41,794 nt of DNA from a bacterium (GTDB taxonomy: Bacteria; Sysuimicrobiota; Sysuimicrobiia; Sysuimicrobiales; Segetimicrobiaceae). Numbering within the stretch: position 1 is the stretch's first letter; every line of letters begins with the position of its first letter. Of the stretch, positions 1-7,187 are shown piece after piece. The position numbers and the translations under genes were made by a program. A model generated the notes under the pieces. It had not been told where the DNA came from, ran no database searches, and was given only the letters and a program-made list of their open reading frames with translations. The stretch covers positions 1 through 41,794 of the forward strand of contig DATHLI010000131.1 of the NCBI GenBank assembly GCA_035488355.1. Direction: 5' to 3'.

Positions 1-452
1 TCAAGGCGCGGCTCCACCAACACGGCAACAGCGTGGCCCCCCCGGAACACGAACCCTATGCCCTGGAAGGGATAGGTGACGGTCCGGTAGGCGCCGGAGG
101 TAGTGCGGACGGTATTCTCGTCGCCGATGAGGCGTGTGGCACCACTTGGCGACACCCCTATTCCGGCGCCGGCATTCGTTCGGAACATCTTGCTCGTCGT
201 CTTGATCTGTACGGCGACGCCCTTCTCGAAGACTACGGTTAGCCCAAAGCGGGAGAAATACATCCGCCCCCCGTGGCTCGCGCTGGGCTGGCCTAATAGG
301 CCGATGACTTGTTGTACGGGCATCCCCAGGCTTACAGGGCCTATCCCCACTCCTGGGGTGATGACCAAGGGAGTAGTGACATCGCCGGCCTTTACGGGCC
401 CAATGACGACCAGCAGGATGCACATGACCGCCGCGGTGAGCGAGCGGATCAT
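1..452 (-). CDS. Small secreted protein of unknown function; 3' end truncated by the window edge, so it is not in the supplied ORF track
   Basis: The reverse complement from ATG at 452-450 reads MIRSLTAAVMCILLVVIGPVKAGDVTTPLVITPGVGIGPVSLGMPVQQVIGLLGQPSASHGGRMYFSRFGLTVVFEKGVAVQIKTTSKMFRTNAGAGIGVSPSGATRLIGDENTVRTTSGAYRTVTYPFQGIGFVFRGGHAVAVLVEPRL... It stays open to position 1 with no stop. It has a signal-peptide-like N-terminus, balanced composition and G/C-rich third positions. The listed 1..423 ORF in another frame is Arg/Pro/Gly-rich. Confidence 0.55.
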   Translation of the reverse strand, partial: MIRSLTAAVMCILLVVIGPVKAGDVTTPLVITPGVGIGPVSLGMPVQQVIGLLGQPSASHGGRMYFSRFGLTVVFEKGVAVQIKTTSKMFRTNAGAGIGVSPSGATRLIGDENTVRTTSGAYRTVTYPFQGIGFVFRGGHAVAVLVEPRL

Positions 453-555
453 TGGCGGTCTTGGTATCCCTGTCCAGTGGGTTCCCATTGGCCGCACTCC
501 TGCCTCGTATCCGTAGACGGCCGGAAAAGAAGTGGCGAGAGGAGGGTTGGCTAAC

Positions 556-585
556 AAAAAAACCCTCCGGATATCACGGAAGGTT
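556..585 (-). terminator. Intrinsic terminator; proposed expression platform of the upstream riboswitch
   Basis: On the minus strand: AACCUUCCG (585-577), loop UGAUAUC (576-570), CGGAGGGUU (569-561). This is a 9-bp stem with one G-U pair. It runs into a U7 tract (562-556). Confidence 0.75.
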
Positions 586-596
586 TTCCCTTACCG

Positions 597-684
597 CTCC
601 GGTAACCCGGCCGGCTTGCCAGCATTGCTGGCCTGCCCCGTGGCTTTGCGTCCCCAGATCTCTCTGGGTTTGCCCCTACGGAAG
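597..684 (-). promoter_or_regulatory. c-di-GMP-I (GEMM-I) riboswitch aptamer
   Basis: Minus-strand RNA: CUUCCGUAGGGGCAAACCCAGAGAGAUCUGGGGACGCAAAGCCACGGGGCAGGCCAGCAAUGCUGGCAAGCCGGCCGGGUUACCGGAG. It contains GGGCAAACC, a CCCAGA/UCUGGG hairpin capped by the GNRA tetraloop GAGA, GACGCAAAGCC, and a 3' GGGUUACCG segment. These occur in the same order as in the V. cholerae Vc2 aptamer as I recall it. A P1 helix can form between CUUCCGUA (684-677) and UACCGGAG (604-597). Confidence 0.8.
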
Positions 685-719
685 CGCGACTGATTGATCT
701 ATGCTCGACAAGCGAACAC

Positions 720-748
720 AGTACACCAAATCCATGCTCGAATGTCAA
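720..748 (-). promoter_or_regulatory. Candidate sigma70-type promoter driving the riboswitch leader
   Basis: Minus strand: TTGACA (748-743), a 17-nt spacer, then TGTACT (725-720). It lies about 35 nt upstream of the aptamer 5' end, in a locally lower-GC stretch. Confidence 0.4.
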
Positions 749-838
749 TGAAACAACGCCGGAAGGTTCCATTGGCGGATCACCTGGAATTCTGACGTCA
801 ACTTCCAAGAGATCTCAAGCCGAACTACCCCGGTCCCC

Positions 839-3040
839 CTAATCGCCGAGCCTGGTCAGGGTGCGGCGTGCGTCATCGATCCCCTCGAACTCCTGCTTGG
901 GTGCCAGCGCAGTGTGCAGTTCGCGTTTCGCCATCTCGCTGTTCCCAGATTGATAATAGGCGAGCCCGAGATGGTAGTGGACGATGGGGGCCTTCGTCAG
1001 CACTTGGGCGGACTCTTCGAGGAGGGGAAGAGCCTGCTTCACCAGGCCCTTCTTATAGTATACCCACCCCAGGGTGTCGGCCACGTACGCGCTGTTCGGC
1101 ATCCATTTTCTGGCTGTTTGCGCGAGCGTAAGCGCCCTATTGAGATCGCCCCCGTGGACGGCATATGACCATGCCAGGTTGTTCGCGGCAAGGGCGAAAT
1201 TGGGATTCACCTTCAACGCCTGCTCATAGAGTTCCCGGGCCCTCGTAATGTTGCCCTGGCGGTCATTGATGGTGCCCAGCACAATATACGTGGGCAGATA
1301 CCGCGGGTTGAGACGGAGCGCTTCCTCGTACTTGCGGGTCGCCATCTCGTTCGCGTTCTCCCTCGCGTAGAGGTCTCCGAGGCGGAGGTACGGGAGAATA
1401 TCGTTGGGGTCGGTGGAAATCGCATGATAATACGCTTCTTCCGCCTTAGCAGTCTGCCCGACCGCGGCGTAGGTGGCGCCGAGGAGCATCTGCAGGCGTG
1501 AATTCTTGGGAGAACGTTCGATTTGGGATTCCGCGCGGCGGATCGCGGCGGCCACGTCTCTCTTATCGAGGTAGATCTGGATCTCCTGAGCGAGCGCGTC
1601 CACGAAGTCGGGCGACAGGGTCAGGGCGGCCTCGAACTCGGGGAGGGCATTGTCGACTCGGCCGGCGGCCCGGTACGCGAGGCCCAGGTGCATGTGGGCG
1701 GTGGGGTCCTTGGGATTGACGGCGATCGCGCGCTGGTATATATCGAACGCCTGGGGGAAGGCTTTTTGGCCGGCATAGAAATCGCCAAGCAGGAGATAGG
1801 CGCCGGAGCTGCCCGGCTCAAGGGTGACCAGCGTCCTCAGTTGCCGTTCGGCCGCCTTGGGGTCACCCGATTGCACCTGCAGTTGCGCGAGGGCGACGCG
1901 CGCCTCGGCGAAACGTGGGGCGAGCTTCAGAGCCTCCGCGAGCTGTTCTTTGGCGGAGGAGATGTCCGGCCGGACCAGGTAGGCGCGGGCGAGGAAATAG
2001 CGCACCGCCGCATCGCCGGGCCGCCCCCTGGCAACGGTCTGGAACTCCTCGGTGGCGACCTTGGCGTCACCTTTGGCGAGGTACACTTTGCCTCGGATGA
2101 AGTGCGCGGTGACATCCTGAGGGGCCTTGGCGAGGATGTCTTCGATCACGACTCTGGCGTCGTCCAGCTTCCCCTGCGCGACCAGCAGGTCCGCCACCTT
2201 CAAGCTGGGCACGGGTGAGCGGGGGGTGATCCCCTGCGCGGTCCGATACTGGGCCAGCGCCTCAACGGGTTTCCCTTCGGCGGCGTAGAGGTCCCCCAGG
2301 GCGAGGGGGATTTCCGCCCGCCGCGGCATGGCGCCTGCGGCCTCCTTGAGCACCTGCTCCGCGGCGTCCCGCCGCCCCTGCCGCATCAGGAGATTGGCGA
2401 GGGCGATGCGGGGCTCAGGAACGGCCGGCGCGGCAGCAATACCCTGCCGGAGCGTCTTCTCCGCCAGCGCAGCGTCGCCCTTGGCCGCTTGAATGCCGGC
2501 CAGAAGCGTGTACGCCGGGGCGCTATTGGGTGCCGTCCGAAGGGCTGCGCCGACTTCTCGGAGGGCGCCGTCGAGATCCCTGGTCGCCGCCATGCTCCGA
2601 GCGAGGAGGACATGGGCGTCCGCGTTCGATGGATCCTTACCGAGAACGAGCTTGGCCTGATCCCGAGCCTGTGAGTATTGGCCGGCGAGGAGGACGATCT
2701 CTCCCAGCTTGAGGTGCGCGTCGAGGATCTTGCCGTCCAGTTCCAGGCTCTTGGTCAGTTCCCGATAGCTCAGGGCGGGTTCCCCCATCCGAAGATAGGC
2801 GACGCCCAGCTTGTAGTGGGCCTGCGCAGACTGGGGGGCGATCTGGAGGATGTTTCTGAAGGCCAGCGCTGCCTCGCCATATCGCTCCGCGGCGAGGAAG
2901 CCGTCTCCGCTCCTCGTGTATCTCAGAACCCGGCCCTGGGGGCTTCTCAGCGCCATGACGCCCAAGACGGCAATCAGGGTCAGGGCGCCCAGCAGCACCA
3001 GTCCGACGGTAAAGCGCTTAGAGATCCGAGCTGAAGCCAT
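839..3040 (-). CDS. TPR-repeat protein, PEP-CTERM-system PrsT-like; N-terminal membrane anchor followed by TPR repeats throughout
   Basis: The track ORF 839..3103 is trimmed to ATG 3040 (MASARISKRFTVGLVLLGALTLIAVLGVMAL...), which is preceded by GAGGGG. The whole length consists of ~34-aa A/L/Y-rich TPR-like repeats (e.g. AHYKLGVAYLRMGEPALSYRELTKSLELD). It sits directly downstream of the exosortase and EpsI genes. Confidence 0.8.
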   Translation of the reverse strand: MASARISKRFTVGLVLLGALTLIAVLGVMALRSPQGRVLRYTRSGDGFLAAERYGEAALAFRNILQIAPQSAQAHYKLGVAYLRMGEPALSYRELTKSLELDGKILDAHLKLGEIVLLAGQYSQARDQAKLVLGKDPSNADAHVLLARSMAATRDLDGALREVGAALRTAPNSAPAYTLLAGIQAAKGDAALAEKTLRQGIAAAPAVPEPRIALANLLMRQGRRDAAEQVLKEAAGAMPRRAEIPLALGDLYAAEGKPVEALAQYRTAQGITPRSPVPSLKVADLLVAQGKLDDARVVIEDILAKAPQDVTAHFIRGKVYLAKGDAKVATEEFQTVARGRPGDAAVRYFLARAYLVRPDISSAKEQLAEALKLAPRFAEARVALAQLQVQSGDPKAAERQLRTLVTLEPGSSGAYLLLGDFYAGQKAFPQAFDIYQRAIAVNPKDPTAHMHLGLAYRAAGRVDNALPEFEAALTLSPDFVDALAQEIQIYLDKRDVAAAIRRAESQIERSPKNSRLQMLLGATYAAVGQTAKAEEAYYHAISTDPNDILPYLRLGDLYARENANEMATRKYEEALRLNPRYLPTYIVLGTINDRQGNITRARELYEQALKVNPNFALAANNLAWSYAVHGGDLNRALTLAQTARKWMPNSAYVADTLGWVYYKKGLVKQALPLLEESAQVLTKAPIVHYHLGLAYYQSGNSEMAKRELHTALAPKQEFEGIDDARRTLTRLGD

Positions 3041-3211
3041 TCGCGACCCCTCGCAACGACATGAGAGGCCAGCGCATTTCTGCTCCGGCCTCCCTCCCCG
3101 CATCTTTCATAGTGGCAACCAGATCATACGACGGCTCCTGGGCCGGCTGCTTCCATCGTTCGGAGGATTTCCATGGATCAAACGATTTGAGGGCCTGCTA
3201 CCATCCCGCGG

Positions 3212-3847
3212 CTACCTCGGCAGGAGGCGGTCGAGGTGGGGAAAAGCCGCCTGGAGGAAGGCGGCCTCGCTTCGAAGGGTATCCTGGGACGGGCCAACGG
3301 CGGGTGCGGTGATGCGGACCAGGGCCTCGTCGTCCCTATGCTGGGTCAAGGAGGTCCAGGCCAGGAAGGTGACCGCCGACAGCTCTTTTGCGACCACCGT
3401 GCCCTTGATCTGATACCAGTACAGCACCACCTGCTTAGCCTCGCCTTTCTGGACCTCGGCGCGGTTGACGATGATCGTCCGGTCGGCAAGTTGGATCGGC
3501 ATGTTCTGGACGTACGCGATGATCCATCCCGCGCCCGGGAGGCACACAATCGGAGAATGCAGGCGGTTGACGCCGGGACGCTGCGAGCCCCAGTAACCGA
3601 CGTACAGCCACAACTCGTTGCCCGCCGGCGCGCGGTAGCGGCGCAGGAGGTAATCGTCGACCTGCAAGGTCTGCAGGATTCCCGGCTCGAGAAACTCCGT
3701 CCGGCCTTCCCATCCCTCCAGCCTCAGCGGGAACGCGTTGAGAGGCTCGCGGGTCGGGATGGTATTCTCGTGGGTGACGGCCTTGAGCGGGAAGATTGCC
3801 AGGACGATGGTGACCAGAGCGATGAGATAGGATGTTCGCGCGATCAT
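3212..3847 (-). CDS. epsI: EpsI-family protein (exosortase-associated)
   Basis: Internal start of the 3212..4591 ORF: MIARTSYLIALVTIVLAIFPLKAV... One N-terminal TM segment, then a soluble domain (LRLEGWEGRTEF..., YVGYWGSQRPG..LHSP..CLPG.GW). Its ATG overlaps the exosortase stop (ATGA at 3844-3847). Confidence 0.75.
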   Translation of the reverse strand: MIARTSYLIALVTIVLAIFPLKAVTHENTIPTREPLNAFPLRLEGWEGRTEFLEPGILQTLQVDDYLLRRYRAPAGNELWLYVGYWGSQRPGVNRLHSPIVCLPGAGWIIAYVQNMPIQLADRTIIVNRAEVQKGEAKQVVLYWYQIKGTVVAKELSAVTFLAWTSLTQHRDDEALVRITAPAVGPSQDTLRSEAAFLQAAFPHLDRLLPR

Positions 3848-4734
3848 CTTCTTGCCCCCTGTCCGGTCACACGCGAGAGGGCCAGGCCTTCGAGGGCCAG
3901 GAGGCCGAAGGCCAGGCCGAAGATCACCACGCCGGAGAAGGTATGGTAGAACCCCAGCGCCACCCGTGGGTCCACGGTCTCTACCAGCACACCCGTGAGC
4001 GTCACCCGCGCGGCATTCGCCACCAGCGCGATTGGAATCGCGGAGAGCGCCAGGACCAGCCGGGGGCCCCATTTCGTCTGGGCGAAGTACGCGTAGATCA
4101 CCGCCAGGGCCAGGAGGGAGATGAGCGATCGGATACCGCTGCACGCCTCGGCCACCTCGAGGCGCATCGAAGGCAGATCGATGATGTTCCCCTCGCGGAG
4201 CACCGGCACGTTGAGGAGGTCCAGGGTCCCCGTGGCGAGGCGCGCGGCCTGGAGTTGCAGCGGGAAGGCGATCTGGTTCAATGCCGGCGCCGGCAGCGGG
4301 ATCATGAAGAGCAGATAGGCGAGGGGAAAGGCGACCAGCCCCAGCACCTTTGGTCCGCCCAAGAAGAGGGTTAGTCCGGTGAACACCACCAGGAGGGAAA
4401 ACCGCGCGGGATACCCGAAGGTCCCGGCCTGGCTGACGATGAGAAGGATCAGGCCCACCAGGAGCACCGGGTAGCCCCACGCGGATCCCTTTACCGGGAC
4501 GTGCTGCAGGCGCTCCCGGCGCTGCCAGATCAGATAGGCGCTGACGAGGGGGATGAGGAAGCCGTGCGAGTAATTCTCGTCGGCCCTCCACTGGCTCACC
4601 AGATCGACCAGCACGGGGTAGTAGAGGTAGACGACGGCCGCTCCCAGGGCCACCATCGGAATCGCCGGGGTGAGAGGCGCGAGGGCGGTGCGCCTCTTCG
4701 AGATGAGGTCAGGGACTACTGCCGCAAGCGCCAC
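3844..4734 (-). CDS. Exosortase (EpsH/Xrt family transpeptidase)
   Basis: Polytopic membrane protein with hallmark motifs: ENYSHGFLIPLVS near the N-terminus, VAEACSGIRSL (catalytic Cys), NAARVTLTG (Arg) and FYHTFSGVVIF (His). GTG start at 4734; the internal ATG (MVALGAAV...) is an alternative. Confidence 0.9.
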   Translation of the reverse strand: MALAAVVPDLISKRRTALAPLTPAIPMVALGAAVVYLYYPVLVDLVSQWRADENYSHGFLIPLVSAYLIWQRRERLQHVPVKGSAWGYPVLLVGLILLIVSQAGTFGYPARFSLLVVFTGLTLFLGGPKVLGLVAFPLAYLLFMIPLPAPALNQIAFPLQLQAARLATGTLDLLNVPVLREGNIIDLPSMRLEVAEACSGIRSLISLLALAVIYAYFAQTKWGPRLVLALSAIPIALVANAARVTLTGVLVETVDPRVALGFYHTFSGVVIFGLAFGLLALEGLALSRVTGQGARR

Positions 4735-4822
4735 GGGCCGAGCATACTCCTGCCGTTTGTGTTCATCACCTCTCCATACGGACCGGCGGGCGGCCCCGCC
4801 TTCGTTCGGAAGGAGGAACTGG

Positions 4823-4850
4823 GCGGATCATTCGAACGAGCGGATCATTC
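4823..4850. repeat. Direct repeat GCGGATCATTC x2 (17-bp period) upstream of the exosortase gene
   Basis: gcggatcattc occurs at 4823-4833 and again at 4840-4850, about 90-115 nt upstream of the exosortase start. Possible operator. Confidence 0.4.
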
Positions 4851-4957
4851 CCCGCTGTGACCGGCGCCGCTATGATCTCTTCGCAAGGGCTCGGCAGAAC
4901 GGGACAGAATCCCAACTGGGGACCCGCCGGTTTCCGCAGCGGCGGTAGACAGCGCTC

Positions 4958-5034
4958 GAGACGCGTGGTTATACTTATTAAATGAGGCTTTAATGAAGCG
5001 TAAATGAAGCTTTAATGCGGCGCTCACGCGTCTC
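4958..5034. promoter_or_regulatory. AT-rich island with internal 21-nt direct repeats, bracketed by a 10-bp inverted repeat; lies in a divergent promoter region
   Basis: GAGACGCGTG (4958-4967) and CACGCGTCTC (5025-5034) are perfect inverted repeats. Between them lie aaatgaggctttaatgaagcg (4980-5000) and aaatgaagctttaatgcggcg (5002-5022), at 22-bp spacing. This is the lowest-GC stretch of the window and sits between the divergent exosortase and response-regulator genes. Confidence 0.45.
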
Positions 5035-5109
5035 ATTATTGCGCGCTACCGCTCTTGATCAGCCCGAGTACCTGGAGACGGATTCGATCCCACCGAGGGG
5101 GCTAGACCG

Positions 5110-5775
5110 GTGACCCCGGAGACGGGCCTTGTGAAGGTCCTGGTCGTCGACCCGTCCCCCATCATGTTGGCGGGGCTCCGCGGCGTACTGCAGTCCGACC
5201 CGGAGATCGAACTGGTGGGCGCCTGCGGCACCGGCGCGGAGGCGCTTGAGGTCTGCTCGCGCGCCCATCCAACCGTGGTGATCACCGATGTGACTCTGCC
5301 GGACATGACCGGCGTCGAGCTCTGCCGCGCGGTCCAACAGCGCCTGGAGAACGTGAACGTGCTCTTCCTCACCGCGAACGACGATAACGCCAGTATCTTT
5401 GGCGCGATCGGCGCCGGCGCCTCGGGGTACGTGCTCAAGGATATCACCCCCGAGAATTTCCTGCGCGCGATCCACGCGGTCCGGAAGGGGCAGTCCATGG
5501 TCCATCCCGGGATCACCCGGCGCGTGTTGGATAAGCTCTCGGTGGTCACGCGCGACGGCAACGGCGGACTGCTGTTCGATCAAAAGCTGACCGAGCGAGA
5601 GGGCCAGATCCTTGCCGAGGTCGCCCGCGGCCTGACGAACAAGCAGATCGCGCACAAACTCTATGTCTCCGAAAGCACCGTGAAGAGCCGCCTGAGGGGC
5701 ATCTTCAGCAAGATCGGCGCGCACGACCGCACCCAGGCCACCGCCATCGCTATTCGGGAAGGGTACGCGGAGTAG
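5110..5775 (+). CDS. Response regulator, NarL/FixJ (LuxR-type HTH) family
   Basis: The receiver domain has VLVVDPSP, VVITDVTLPDM (phospho-acceptor Asp), LFLTAN and GYVLKD. The C-terminal LuxR HTH reads LTEREGQILAEVARGLTNKQIAHKLYVSESTVKSRLRGIFSKIG. GTG start at 5110 after GAGGGGG; GTG 5131 is an alternative. Confidence 0.9.
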   Translation: MTPETGLVKVLVVDPSPIMLAGLRGVLQSDPEIELVGACGTGAEALEVCSRAHPTVVITDVTLPDMTGVELCRAVQQRLENVNVLFLTANDDNASIFGAIGAGASGYVLKDITPENFLRAIHAVRKGQSMVHPGITRRVLDKLSVVTRDGNGGLLFDQKLTEREGQILAEVARGLTNKQIAHKLYVSESTVKSRLRGIFSKIGAHDRTQATAIAIREGYAE

Positions 5776-5834
5776 CCGCCCCGGATCTCCGCCGTGAGCC
5801 GGTCGCCCGGAAGACGCCGTCGTGCGCCGGGCCG

Positions 5835-7166
5835 CTACGGCCGGCGATCGACGACATAGTCCTGCCGAATATCCTGCGTTCCGCACCCCCCATCGCAATC
5901 CAGCGACCAGGTCGAGGCGAAGATGAGCCTGAGCCCGTCCCCGCTCGGCACCGGGTGTGCCTCGCATCGATAACAGTTGGTCGTATCCGTATGGAGGTGC
6001 GCCCACCGCTCCACGGTCTTGCTGCCGTCGAGCGGGACGGCGATGACTTCCTGATTGAACCGCCGTCCATCCTGGCCCTCGTAGTAGGACACGTACGCCC
6101 AGCCGGGACGCCGGGTCGCGCGCAGCGAGACATGGTACGCGTATGCTTCGTTCGTCGGATCCGTTAGCGACATGATCGCGCCGTCCCGCAGGCGGACCAT
6201 GATCACGTGCCCGAGCAATTGTCCGTTCACGATCTGACCGGCGTTGCCGCAGTGTTCCTGACCCACCATGACGTCTTCGTTGTTGTCGAACGGGTTCTGC
6301 CCGACGTCCTGGTGGGCGACGTCGTACACGAAGCCGTCCGCGGCCGCCCCGTGGCAGATCGGACCGCTCTCCGGGTGCGGCGTCAGGGCGAGTGTCAGGG
6401 GGTTCACGTCGAAGATCCGGTTGTAATCACCGCTGTAATGGACCCAGACGTACTTCCCGCTCGCTGACATGCCCATGCCGGTCGCCGCCCACCCGTTATA
6501 CGCGTAGCTGGCGATGGGGCCAATGAGGTCGGCCTGCATGTCGACCACGAACATGTTGCCCGCCTGGTCGGCCAGCGCCACGAACCGGCCGTCGGCCGAG
6601 GCATTGCCGTTCGTCAGGCCGAGGAAGGACACCGGGATGGGCAGGGTCCAGGACCGGACCTGCCGGCACTGGACGACGTCGAACCACTCGAGCAGGATGC
6701 CGTCGGCGTTGATGCGCACAGACGGCTGGGTCGGATGCCAGCGATCGTCCCGGCGATCGTAGTTGGCGCATTGCGACGCGGCGGGCAGGTAGGAGCTGCC
6801 GTCGAGGAAGAGCAGACTTGGGGTCCCCCCCGGCTGATCCATCGCGATGAGCGTTTGATCCGCGTTCCACGCCTCGTCGGTGGAGTAGTGGTGACGGGCG
6901 TCCGCGCCCCACTGCCAGGATCCGGCGGCGGCGGGCGCGATCGGCGTTCCAGGATCGCCCGAGATCCGCGTGACGATCGTGCCGAACGGCGGGAGGGCCG
7001 CCGGTGCAAGGTACGGAGGCTTGGGCACCGGGCCGACCGGGAGCAGGGCCGAGACATCCGTCACGATGCCCGCCAGACTCATCGGCGCCCCCTGCCCCGA
7101 GAGCAGGACCACCGCCGTGACCAGGATGATCGTCGCCGCGCGCGCCCCAATGCGGTTCCCGCCCAT
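5835..7166 (-). CDS. Secreted Cys-rich protein of unknown function; last gene of the EPS operon
   Basis: 443 aa with a signal-anchor (GARAATIILVTAVVLLSGQG). W/Y/N/D-rich composition with 10 Cys (e.g. TNCYRCEAHP, LDCDGGCGTQD). Recurrent beta-strand-like segments such as ADGRFVALADQAGNMFVVD and ASGKYVWVHYSGD. GAGGAGG lies upstream of the ATG. Confidence 0.7.
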   Translation of the reverse strand: MGGNRIGARAATIILVTAVVLLSGQGAPMSLAGIVTDVSALLPVGPVPKPPYLAPAALPPFGTIVTRISGDPGTPIAPAAAGSWQWGADARHHYSTDEAWNADQTLIAMDQPGGTPSLLFLDGSSYLPAASQCANYDRRDDRWHPTQPSVRINADGILLEWFDVVQCRQVRSWTLPIPVSFLGLTNGNASADGRFVALADQAGNMFVVDMQADLIGPIASYAYNGWAATGMGMSASGKYVWVHYSGDYNRIFDVNPLTLALTPHPESGPICHGAAADGFVYDVAHQDVGQNPFDNNEDVMVGQEHCGNAGQIVNGQLLGHVIMVRLRDGAIMSLTDPTNEAYAYHVSLRATRRPGWAYVSYYEGQDGRRFNQEVIAVPLDGSKTVERWAHLHTDTTNCYRCEAHPVPSGDGLRLIFASTWSLDCDGGCGTQDIRQDYVVDRRP

Positions 7167-7187
7167 GCGTATCTCAGCCTCCTCGGT

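Noticed and set aside
551-808. 85-aa minus-strand ORF between the TPR gene and the edge gene.
   Set aside because: It spans the GEMM-I aptamer and terminator hairpin and even reads through the U-tract. Its composition is not protein-like. RNA structure explains the region better.
3212-4591. Track ORFs with long N-terminal extensions reading through the upstream gene: 3212..4591, 11568..13097, 12986..14359, 15721..17532, 18266..20236, 33459..35444, 34220..36529, 28360..29058, 37543..39597.
   Set aside because: The extensions are low-complexity Arg/Pro/Gly sequence that overlaps real upstream genes in another frame. Conserved-domain N-termini, SD-like sequences and start/stop overlaps support the internal starts given in the features.
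4941-4948. Exact GGCGGTAG octamer (ops/JUMPStart-like RfaH recruitment element) on the plus strand.
   Set aside because: It faces away from the long minus-strand operons and lies upstream of the likely promoter of the response-regulator gene. A single GC-rich 8-mer is expected by chance in about 84 kb of two-strand high-GC sequence.
4845-5036. 63-aa minus-strand ORF in the AT-rich intergenic island.
   Set aside because: It has no SD, it overlaps the direct and inverted repeats, and its sequence is low-complexity. It is more plausibly regulatory DNA.
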